The translations under genes were made by a program, and so were the position numbers. DNA of 64,000 bases from an uncultured archaeon (GTDB taxonomy: Archaea; Thermoproteota; Nitrososphaeria_A; Caldarchaeales; Wolframiiraptoraceae). The stretch spans positions 65,771-129,770 of the forward strand of contig CALJVH010000010.1 in assembly GCA_937974645.1 (NCBI GenBank), given 5' to 3'. Of this stretch, positions 37,456-46,024 are shown piece after piece (position 1 is the stretch's first letter; each line of letters opens with the position of its first letter). The notes under the pieces were generated by a model that did no database searches, had not been told where the DNA came from, and saw only the letters and a program-made list of their open reading frames with translations.

Positions 37456-38340
37456 GTATGGCCTTGCGGGTGTCAGGTGGCTTCCATCACAGCTAGCTCC
37501 CGTGTTAAGCTCGGTGAATCCTTCCCTGCAACATGCGAAGGTTAGGCTGAGTCTTCGGCACTCTTCCGCCACCTTCTCCATCAACCTGAATCTTAGCGTC
37601 TTTGGGAGATAGTGGCTCCTCGCAATTCGCTCACCCTCCCCGAAATAAAAAGGCCTAAGCTTCTCAGCAATTTCGGGAAATGTCATTTCAATCCTAGCCC
37701 ACGAATCCGGCCTAGGCTTAAAGGTGCTTGAGGTAACGTGAGCCGCGCCAGTATTTCTCACTTCTTTTAAAAGCTCTCTGACATCGTCATTCAGATACGG
37801 TATTATCGGATCGACCCTGATCCCAATTTTGATTCCCTCAGAGCTAAGTTTCTCCACAGCGTCCAACCTTCTCGACGGCGGCGGTGCATTCGGTTCGAGC
37901 CTGCGAGCAAGACTCGCGTCAAGGGTCGTTATTGTTAAGGCCACCGCGCATCTGAGTTTTCTCAATAAATCTAGATCCCTAGTAACTAAGTCACTCTTTG
38001 TTATAATCAGGATTCTTAGATTCTTTTTCTGAAATTCCGCTAAACATTGCCTCGTTAATTGCAACTCCAGCTCCATTGGTGGGTAAGGGTCTGAGCTATT
38101 CGACATAGAAATCAGTGCATTCTCCGGTAACTTTTTCACATCGCTCTTAACAAGCTTTAGAAGATCCCTCTTAGGCCTACACTCATAGAATCTCCTAATG
38201 TATGATGATGCATAGCAGTATAGACATCCGTGCTCACATCCTGTGTAAGGGTCGAAGGAGAACTTTGGAGGGCACGTGCAAAATCTGCCCCTCCAAGGAT
38301 CAAATGGCCTTATCACGCTTGTCTTCGCGGCCCGAAGCAT
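37441..38340 (-). CDS. Radical SAM protein (SplB/COG1533-like)
   Basis: CEHGCLYCYA (C-x3-C-x2-C) near the N-terminus. 299 aa. The 3' end overlaps the argF 3' end by 15 nt. Confidence 0.7.
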   Translation of the reverse strand: MLRAAKTSVIRPFDPWRGRFCTCPPKFSFDPYTGCEHGCLYCYASSYIRRFYECRPKRDLLKLVKSDVKKLPENALISMSNSSDPYPPMELELQLTRQCLAEFQKKNLRILIITKSDLVTRDLDLLRKLRCAVALTITTLDASLARRLEPNAPPPSRRLDAVEKLSSEGIKIGIRVDPIIPYLNDDVRELLKEVRNTGAAHVTSSTFKPRPDSWARIEMTFPEIAEKLRPFYFGEGERIARSHYLPKTLRFRLMEKVAEECRRLSLTFACCREGFTELNTGASCDGSHLTPARPYSSKD

Positions 38341-38418
38341 TTTTCGAAGATTTATGTAGTATCGGGGTTAAATAGATTGTATTATGGTTTTTGCACGCCA
38401 TGATTTCAGGTATAAATA

Positions 38419-39483
38419 ATGCTCGAGAAAGGAACCTGTCGGAGCTCACCTTTCCAGAGAGTTAGCGGTGAGATCTTGAATGATGATTTAATGCCTCAAG
38501 CCGTAGTATGGATAATTAGTGGGGTATGCGATCTGAGATGTATCCACTGCTACGCGAGTAGGTTTGCCGATGTTGGGGAACTTCCGCTCAAGGAGAAGCT
38601 TAAGCTAATAGACGAGCTTGCCGGATGCGGGATATCTTATATCGGGATAACCGGGGGAGAGCCGTTAATCAATAAGGATCTCGAGCCATGCCTTAAGAGA
38701 ATACGGGATCATGGTATCGAGTGCAGCATCAATAGTAATGCACAGTGCTTGGATGAGGATGTCGCTAGGATTCTCGATCGATACGATGTTTACCTGTTTG
38801 TAAGCATGGATGGGTCGTGTAAGAGGACCCACGAGCTCGTTAGAGGGCCGGGAACTTGGGATAGGCTCATGAGAGGGCTGGATGCTGTTAGGAAGCTCGG
38901 GCTAGAGTTTTCTACAGTTATGGCGATAAACAGGTTGAATTACTCGGATGCGGCGGGATACGTCGAGTTGGCCGAGATTATTGGAGCTGATAGTGCGTGC
39001 ATGATCCCTACAATGCCCGTTGGCAGGGCTGGCCAAGACATCACATCAAGTCCGGATCAGCTTATCTCCGCCTTAAAATCCGCCGAATTGGCCGCGAAAA
39101 ACCTCGGATATCGGGTCACAGTTTGGTGCTATGCTCCAAGCAAGCTCGTGATAGACCCTAGATTCGTCTCAACGTGGTCTGAGTGTAGAAGGTGCAAGAC
39201 TGTAGACATAGATCCCGCTGGAAACATGCTCCTCTGCGACATCCTCGATATGAAGCTCAGCAATGTGAGGAAAGGTTTCAGAAACGCCATCGGCGAATAC
39301 TTCAAGCGCCGTGAAGTAAAGGAAGCCGTAAACCCAAGGCTCAAAGAACCTTGTAGGTCCTGCAAGATAGCAGAAACGTGCATGGGTGGATGCTACGCGA
39401 GATCATATCTTATGTTTGGAAATTTTGACGGCCCTGATCCCTACTGCCCCCGAGTAAAAGATGGGCTAAGAGCTGGAAGTTGA
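38419..39483 (+). CDS. Radical SAM protein with a C-terminal SPASM-like Cys-rich domain
   Basis: CDLRCIHCYA, GGEPL, and C-terminal cysteines (CRRC...C...CRSCKIAETCMGGCYA...YCP). Confidence 0.75.
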   Translation: MLEKGTCRSSPFQRVSGEILNDDLMPQAVVWIISGVCDLRCIHCYASRFADVGELPLKEKLKLIDELAGCGISYIGITGGEPLINKDLEPCLKRIRDHGIECSINSNAQCLDEDVARILDRYDVYLFVSMDGSCKRTHELVRGPGTWDRLMRGLDAVRKLGLEFSTVMAINRLNYSDAAGYVELAEIIGADSACMIPTMPVGRAGQDITSSPDQLISALKSAELAAKNLGYRVTVWCYAPSKLVIDPRFVSTWSECRRCKTVDIDPAGNMLLCDILDMKLSNVRKGFRNAIGEYFKRREVKEAVNPRLKEPCRSCKIAETCMGGCYARSYLMFGNFDGPDPYCPRVKDGLRAGS

Positions 39484-39733
39484 GCAACGCTATAAAAATG
39501 GTATTACAGTTCCTGAGTCTATCTTTTTAAAGCGTCCACTAATGCTCCTTTAATGAGGGCATTTCCGGAGCACAAAAATGTTAATAGGGTTGAGCTGCTG
39601 ACTAGCGTGCCACTATTTACATCAACTAGTGAGTACATGTCGCGCGTTGACGCATGGAAAAACGCGATAGCAGTGCCTTAGCCTCAGAGCAACTCACCTA
39701 GCGATTAGTGCTGTTGGTCATGTTATTGGTTTT

Positions 39734-41053
39734 TTAGGTTTCAGCCTTCCTTCTTGCTCCTTCTTCGAGAGTTTCATCAGGCTTAAATTCGGGTTCTTTT
39801 TTCTCGACCGGCTTTATGATTATCGAGCCGTTACCATAGTCTATTTCCACCAGGTCGCCCTCCCTCAGCCCGAGCTTGGCTGCTGCATCGCTGGGTATCG
39901 TAATTCTTCTCCCCGAGAGAACCTTCTGAACCTTCTTCTCACTATTGCCTTCCTCCGCAGTTTCCAATGATCTAGGCTTCTTAGGGATCTTCCGGGATAG
40001 CGCGGCATAGATGCCAACACCTGCCGCGACCGCCGCGGTCTGGGCTAAGAGGATGTTCTTCGTCAGGGAACTCTCGCCGAGCGTCGCTTCATAGACTCTG
40101 TTGAGGTAACTGTAGTCCTCTTCTAGGTCGGCGAGCCTCTGCCTTAACTGAGATGCCTCGGCGATCAGCACGTCATGCCTAGACCTGAGGTCGTCGTGTC
40201 TGGACTTCAGATCTTCGTACATAGCTTTATAAGTTCGGAGCTCGGATAAGGTGGACTCATAATCCTTGAGAAGCAATCTGTACTGCTCCTCCAGCTTATC
40301 AAACTGCTTCATAAGGGATTCGTAAAGCGTTCTAGCTCTCTCCAAGTCTAGGAGAGCTGATTGATGTTTATCACTAAGAGAATTGTAGGAGTTTTGTAGA
40401 CTCGAGTATTCCTCTTGTAGATCTTGGTAATCATCTTTCAGCCTCAGATACTCCTCCTTAAGCTTCTGATAGGATTCTTGGAGGGAGGAATAGCTGGCAA
40501 GGAGAGTTTTATAATCCTCCCGCAAGTGGTTAAGCTCTTGGCACTTCTCCCTAAGCTCATTCTCTAGGTTTGATACCTTACCTCTCAGCTTACTTATCTC
40601 TGACTCGAGATCTTCATAAGTCAAATTTCTCACAACTGACATATACCACTCATGAGAAAGCCTCTCGCTACCATTGTAGTAGAACTGCACCTTGGCTCTC
40701 AGGTATGGTTCGGCTGGCGCTTCCCTTGGGATACATATAGATATAGATTTGGATCTGGTCGAGCCTGCGGTGAGCAAGCCCTCACTCAAGACAACCCCGC
40801 TGTAAAGCGTATCAACTCTTGAGTCCCGATGATAGAATATGGAGAGTGAAACCGTGACATCGGCTAGGGTTTTTGAAGCCTTCATCCAAAAGCTTAACGT
40901 CACACATGAGCCCGTCTTGATCTCGATCGGGTAGTCGAGCCTATATTCTAGGTCATTTTCGATTGTTGAGAAACCCTGAGCCGATGATGCCATGATCACA
41001 GTAGCTAGAAGAGCTATTAAGCAGGCCGCCCAAGCCATTCTATCAACCTTCAT
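39734..41053 (-). CDS. Signal peptide + beta-rich ectodomain + long Tyr-heptad coiled coil + single TM + C-terminal AbrB/SpoVT-like domain
   Basis: N-terminus AWAACLIALLATVIMASSAQG. Residues 179-227 form seven consecutive x-x-Y-x-x-L-x heptads. TM helix ILLAQTAAVAAGVGIYAALS is followed by RKIPKKPR. The C-terminus KVLSGRRITIPSDAAAKLGLREGDLVEIDYGNGSIIIKPV resembles the swapped-hairpin AbrB/MazE/SpoVT motif. Confidence 0.65.
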   Translation of the reverse strand: MKVDRMAWAACLIALLATVIMASSAQGFSTIENDLEYRLDYPIEIKTGSCVTLSFWMKASKTLADVTVSLSIFYHRDSRVDTLYSGVVLSEGLLTAGSTRSKSISICIPREAPAEPYLRAKVQFYYNGSERLSHEWYMSVVRNLTYEDLESEISKLRGKVSNLENELREKCQELNHLREDYKTLLASYSSLQESYQKLKEEYLRLKDDYQDLQEEYSSLQNSYNSLSDKHQSALLDLERARTLYESLMKQFDKLEEQYRLLLKDYESTLSELRTYKAMYEDLKSRHDDLRSRHDVLIAEASQLRQRLADLEEDYSYLNRVYEATLGESSLTKNILLAQTAAVAAGVGIYAALSRKIPKKPRSLETAEEGNSEKKVQKVLSGRRITIPSDAAAKLGLREGDLVEIDYGNGSIIIKPVEKKEPEFKPDETLEEGARRKAET

Positions 41054-41304
41054 ATTTCTCTACCATTAAGAAGAGGAACGAACTAGGTAATAAATCGCTC
41101 CATACAGAAGTACTACATTTCGAGGCGTAGCGTATGTACCGCGTAGGAGGTCATTTACCACAGATTATGAAGAAAGGGGTTTTAGCAGGTGGTATTTTCT
41201 CCTAACATCTTGGTGAGAATATCGCCATGATCCGGTTATGCCGTCTTCCCAAACCAGTTCATTGAGAAAAAAATTGGAAATTGGGATGCATAGTTTTAGA
41301 TTTG

Positions 41305-42705
41305 TTACAGGATCACTGTTCTTATATCGAGCATGTTGCAGGCTTCGGCTATTGGCTCGACATAGTCGCCATGAATTAGGCTTGCGTGATGGACAAATCC
41401 TTCCTCGACCAGTGTTCTATAGAGCCTATCTAGGCCGGAGACCCTTACCCAGACCCAGCTTCCCCTGAATTCGGCCTCTTCTTCAAGTGCCTCTCCCCGT
41501 GTTATCAGCATCTTAAACTCCCCCCCATACTCAACGAGCCTACATATTGTTACCGGCCCTGGCTTAAGCCTGAACTCAGCGGTTCCGTAAGCTCTTTCAA
41601 CCCCAACATCCCTGTACATGATGCTATGGTATCTTAAGGCCGCCGGGCATCTGGTGCAGACCAAGCTCGGAGGGGCATTTCCACAATGCCATGCCAAGAA
41701 GACGTTCGGATCTTTCGGGTGCTGAATAGTCCAGTCTATGAAGTGTGGTGGAGTTGTCTCTAAGGACGCCTCGTATTGCACCAGCATTGTAAGTGCTCCA
41801 TAGATGTCAACTTCGCATGAACACATTATGCCGGATTGGGTGAGCCTCCCCATGACGAAGCACGGGCTTATGCCGTAATATCTCTGAATCTCCGTCCAGC
41901 ATCGGATGCCCATAGCAGAGAGCCTCCGATCTTCGGCCAGCTTCCTCAAAACTACTTCGAGCTTCGCCATCTTCAATAAGGCCTCAGAGGACACTTGAGA
42001 GATATCTATCATGCGCTTCATCTCCTCGAGAACTCTTTTTATCTCTGGATCATTATCGCTTAATGCTCTCGCCTCCTCGACAACGGATAGAAGCGATTCG
42101 TGGACAACTCTCTGCTTAAATCTCCTAACCATTTCCGCCTCATTGAACGTAACCGTCTCAAATCTTTCAGGTCTCGGGCCTATAAGCCCAATCCTAGCTC
42201 CTATGAACTTGCTCATTATTGCCGCAGCTCTTGCAAAAGTCTCAACTCTCTTTTTAAAAGCATCCTCCTCCGGAAAGAATAGGCCTAAGAATGTAAAGGG
42301 TATCCCTCTGCGATAGAGGCCGGATGTTAGGGATAAGGTTCCGCAGAATGAATCCGATCTTCTAAAGCCTCCTGGAAGCAGCTCGGGCTCTTTCGTCCCA
42401 AAGACCGCGATCGGATATCCCTTAAACTCCTCCGCCACTCTCACCCCAGCGAGTTCATCCCCGAATGTCATAGTCCCTATGAGTAGCCCATCGATTCTCT
42501 CACGCCTAAAGAGCTCTGCCACCTTCTCGGCATCGTCATCATCCCATACAAGCCCCATTTTCGTCAAATCCTCGCTAGGATAAATCAGTTGAACGCCCTG
42601 AATCTCCGAGACACTCTCAACAACCCTCCTCCTTATCTCAACACCCCACTTCTCATCAAAGGGATATCTATGAAGTGGAATAAAACCAAGCTTAACGGTC
42701 TTCAT
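41305..42705 (-). CDS. L-fucose/L-arabinose isomerase-family sugar isomerase (putative)
   Basis: About 466 aa from ATG 42705 (MKTVKLGFIPL...). The overall pattern resembles COG2407-type isomerases. Substrate unknown. Confidence 0.5.
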   Translation of the reverse strand: MKTVKLGFIPLHRYPFDEKWGVEIRRRVVESVSEIQGVQLIYPSEDLTKMGLVWDDDDAEKVAELFRRERIDGLLIGTMTFGDELAGVRVAEEFKGYPIAVFGTKEPELLPGGFRRSDSFCGTLSLTSGLYRRGIPFTFLGLFFPEEDAFKKRVETFARAAAIMSKFIGARIGLIGPRPERFETVTFNEAEMVRRFKQRVVHESLLSVVEEARALSDNDPEIKRVLEEMKRMIDISQVSSEALLKMAKLEVVLRKLAEDRRLSAMGIRCWTEIQRYYGISPCFVMGRLTQSGIMCSCEVDIYGALTMLVQYEASLETTPPHFIDWTIQHPKDPNVFLAWHCGNAPPSLVCTRCPAALRYHSIMYRDVGVERAYGTAEFRLKPGPVTICRLVEYGGEFKMLITRGEALEEEAEFRGSWVWVRVSGLDRLYRTLVEEGFVHHASLIHGDYVEPIAEACNMLDIRTVIL

Positions 42706-42762
42706 CGGAGATATTTTACATGGTGATTCCTTAAATAATTTTTGCAAACAAAGGGAGAGGCT

Positions 42763-43506
42763 TCACAGATTATTGTGCCCCGATCCGCAAAGATCATGAT
42801 ATATTTCCAAAGCAATTTTCTTCAGCTTTTTAACGGCTTCCTCAATGTTATTTTGGCTGAAAATGCTTGTTCCCGCGATAAGCACATTTGCCCCAGCTCG
42901 TATTATAGAGGAAGCATTCATAAAATCTACTCCGCCATCAACAGCTATATCTTTCCGTAGCCCATTTTTAGCCATTAAGTCTCTCAGCTTCCTGATTTTA
43001 TCTATCATTTCCGGAATAAGTGTCTGGCCTCCGAAGCCAGGCTCCACAGTCATCAATAAAATCATATCAACATATTTCATAACATATCTTACGGCTGAGA
43101 GGGGTGTTGTCGGGTTTAACGCTACACCAACATTAACATTTCTCTTCCTAAGGGAAGATATTAATCGAAATGGGTAAGAACATGCTTCTATATGGAATAT
43201 GATTAGGTCTCCGCCAGCATCGATTACCGGATCAACGAAGTCTTCGGGTCTCTCGACCATTAAGTGCGCTATGAAGGGTATGCTTGACTCACTTCTTAAG
43301 GCCTTGATTATCATCGGGCCGAAGCTTATGTTAGGAACGAAATGTCCATCCATTATATCAAAATGCAGCATATCTGCTCCAGCTCTTTCAGCCTCTCTCA
43401 CCTCTTCTCCAAGTTTCCTTAAATCGGCGGAAAGAATTGAAGGAACTATTTTTGGCGGAGGAATTAGGAGGGTATCGTAGCTCAAGCCTATTTTTATATG
43501 GTTCAA
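42763..43506 (-). CDS. rpe: Ribulose-phosphate 3-epimerase
   Basis: IVPSILSADLRKLGEEVREAERAGADMLHFDIMDGHFVPNISFGP and VDGGV. Confidence 0.85.
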   Translation of the reverse strand: MNHIKIGLSYDTLLIPPPKIVPSILSADLRKLGEEVREAERAGADMLHFDIMDGHFVPNISFGPMIIKALRSESSIPFIAHLMVERPEDFVDPVIDAGGDLIIFHIEACSYPFRLISSLRKRNVNVGVALNPTTPLSAVRYVMKYVDMILLMTVEPGFGGQTLIPEMIDKIRKLRDLMAKNGLRKDIAVDGGVDFMNASSIIRAGANVLIAGTSIFSQNNIEEAVKKLKKIALEIYHDLCGSGHNNL

Positions 43507-43581
43507 GAGTCAGTAATAGCTCTTTACTCACAATCGAAATGGAACATGAGAAAAGAAGGGTCGCCAAAAACTTCGGTATGC

Positions 43582-44679
43582 TTAGAATATAGCTTTCTCG
43601 GTTTTCGCGTCGAAGATATGCATTTTGTCTAACGGGAATCCTACCCAGACCTTTTCTCCAATCGGAGGAAGCCTTGTTGTTACTGGTGAGATCGCCTTAA
43701 GGAGGTATTCTCCGGCCTTCAAGTCAACGACATAGCTTGATCCCATGGGCTCAACCACGTAAACATCTGCCTGGAATATTGATTCTGGAGATTTTTCTAT
43801 TGATAATATCATATGCTCAGGCCTAAATCCTATCACAACTTTGTCTCCAGTCAGGTTCTCCCTGATAATCCTAGCTAAGTCTCCTGGAAGCTGGTACTGG
43901 AATATATCAGCACTAAGTATTACCTGCGAATCCCTCTCGACAACTGTTGCCTCGATGAAGTTCATTGGCGGACTTCCAAGGAAACCTGCAACGAATATGT
44001 TAGAAGGCCTTTCATAGACTACATGTGGTTCATCATATTGGAGGATCTTCCCCTTATCCATTACCGCAATCCTGTCTCCCATGGCCATCGCCTCAGCCTG
44101 ATCATGTGTCACGTAAATTGTCGTTATCCCCAGATCCTTCTGGAGCTTCTTGAGCTCGGCCCTCATGTAAACCCTCAGCTTAGCATCCAAGTTGCTGAGG
44201 GGCTCATCCATAAGCCATACCTGCGGATTTCTCACGAGCGCTCTTCCCAACGCTACTCGCTGCTGCTCGCCTCCGCTGAGCTGCCGCGGCTTCCTGTCCA
44301 AGAGATTCTCGATTCTGAGGAGCCTAGCAACCTCCTTAACCCGCTTCTCTATCTCCTGCTTCGGGTACTTTCTCATTCTAAGCGGGAAGGCGAGATTATC
44401 GTATACGCTCATGTGCGGGTAGAGGGCGTAGCTCTGAAATACCATCGCCACATCCCTATCCTTCGGTGGAAGATCGTTCACGAGCTTATTCCCTATATAG
44501 ATCTCACCATCATCAGGGATCTCAAGTCCTGCGACACACCTGAGGGTTGTTGTCTTCCCACAGCCTGATGGACCTAGCAGTATTACGAATTCGCCATCCT
44601 TAACATCAAAGCTGACACCGTCAACAGCGATAGTCTTGTCGAATTTCTTGCGAAGCCCCAAAACCCTTACACTAGCCAA
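43582..44679 (-). CDS. MalK/UgpC-type ABC sugar-importer ATP-binding protein (orphan: no adjacent permease or binding protein)
   Basis: [37 protein letters not shown], plus a C-terminal TOBE/regulatory domain. Confidence 0.85.
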   Translation of the reverse strand: MASVRVLGLRKKFDKTIAVDGVSFDVKDGEFVILLGPSGCGKTTTLRCVAGLEIPDDGEIYIGNKLVNDLPPKDRDVAMVFQSYALYPHMSVYDNLAFPLRMRKYPKQEIEKRVKEVARLLRIENLLDRKPRQLSGGEQQRVALGRALVRNPQVWLMDEPLSNLDAKLRVYMRAELKKLQKDLGITTIYVTHDQAEAMAMGDRIAVMDKGKILQYDEPHVVYERPSNIFVAGFLGSPPMNFIEATVVERDSQVILSADIFQYQLPGDLARIIRENLTGDKVVIGFRPEHMILSIEKSPESIFQADVYVVEPMGSSYVVDLKAGEYLLKAISPVTTRLPPIGEKVWVGFPLDKMHIFDAKTEKAIF

Positions 44680-44873
44680 TAATCAAAACCCCCTAAATGC
44701 CGCATAGAGTAGATTCTATAAGTATTATATAAACATAGCATTAAAAACTTTAGCGAATAAACCAGAACATAATTCGCGAAATAGGCTTTTCTTGCCATGC
44801 TCCCTTATTCATGGAACCTGAAAATAATGATTCATATCATAGTCCTCGAAATAAAAACTTAACGTATATATAG

Positions 44874-45935
44874 TTGGTAGCGGTTTTAGATTTAGGGAAG
44901 AGATTGAGGATAGGTGTTCTGACTGGTGGAGGAGATTGCCCGGGGCTTAACTCGGTTATTCAGGCCATTGTTGTAAGGGCGGCCCAGTATGGGTTCGAGG
45001 TTTGGGGGGTCGAGGATGGCTATAAGGGATTAATCGAGGGGAGGGCTAGGCCGCTGAGAAAGGAGGATGTGAAGAGAATACATTTTGTTGGCGGCACGAT
45101 CTTGGGCACATCAAGGAGGAATCCGGCGAAGTCCGAGGAGGATATGGCTAAGGTCATGAATAATGTTAAGAATTTTGAGCTTGATGCGCTGATAACGATC
45201 GGCGGCGACGACACGCTTGGAGCGGCTCTCAAGCTTTCTCAGCGCGGCCTTCCGGTCGTCGGCGTTCCGAAGACCATAGATAACGATCTTTCCGCGACGG
45301 ATTACTCGATAGGCTTCTGGACCGCGGTTCAGACTATCGCGGATGCTTTAGAGAAGCTTCATACGACCGCTAAGTCGCATAAGCGGGTGATCGTGGCCGA
45401 GATCATGGGGAGGTATGCGGGGTGGCTCGCGCTCATGGGCGGGCTTGCCGGTGGCGCGCACGCAATCCTGATACCCGAAAAGCCGCTCGACATGGATGAG
45501 ATCATTAGAGTTATCAAGGAGAGGGATGAAAGGGGTGAGGGCTACACACTGATAGCCGTGGCTGAGGGCGTCAAAATTCCTGAGACCGGTGAGCTCGCGG
45601 TGGCCGCCGCTGAGAAGGATGAGTTCGGCCACGTGAGACTCGGCGGAATAGCAAAGTTCCTTGAGGAGGAGATTAAGAGAAGAACTGGGAGAGAGGTTAG
45701 ATCAACGATTCTTGGATATGTTCAGAGGGGAGGGCCGCCATCCGCCTTCGATAGGGTTCTTGGAGTGAGATTAGGCTTCAAGGCGGTTGACTTAGTGAAG
45801 GAGAGGAAGTTCGGCTATGCCGTCGTTCTCCGAGGAACAGAAATAGTACCGGTTAAGCTCGAGGAAGTAATTGGGCGCCCGAGATATGTTCCTGAAGAGT
45901 TATTCGAGTACACCAACGTCTTCAGGGAGAGTTAG
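44874..45935 (+). CDS. PFK-A family 6-phosphofructokinase, probably pyrophosphate-dependent
   Basis: RIGVLTGGGDCPGLN, TIGGDDT (Asp rather than Gly at the position that distinguishes PPi- from ATP-dependent enzymes), PKTIDNDL and MGR. An alternative TTG start at 44904 would give the usual M-R-I-G-V-L-T-G-G-G-D N-terminus. Confidence 0.8.
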   Translation: MVAVLDLGKRLRIGVLTGGGDCPGLNSVIQAIVVRAAQYGFEVWGVEDGYKGLIEGRARPLRKEDVKRIHFVGGTILGTSRRNPAKSEEDMAKVMNNVKNFELDALITIGGDDTLGAALKLSQRGLPVVGVPKTIDNDLSATDYSIGFWTAVQTIADALEKLHTTAKSHKRVIVAEIMGRYAGWLALMGGLAGGAHAILIPEKPLDMDEIIRVIKERDERGEGYTLIAVAEGVKIPETGELAVAAAEKDEFGHVRLGGIAKFLEEEIKRRTGREVRSTILGYVQRGGPPSAFDRVLGVRLGFKAVDLVKERKFGYAVVLRGTEIVPVKLEEVIGRPRYVPEELFEYTNVFRES

Positions 45936-46024
45936 CCGAAAAGCGAGTTCCCCATATTTTTCTTTTTAGCATTTTTATCTTCACGGTAGTTTAAGGTTTT
46001 AAGGTTACCGGGTTCCCCCCGGGA

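Noticed and set aside
41238-41468. 76-aa plus-strand ORF overlapping the 3' end of the FucI-like gene.
   Set aside because: It is mostly antisense to a well-supported gene, Arg/Leu/Ser-rich, and has no motif.
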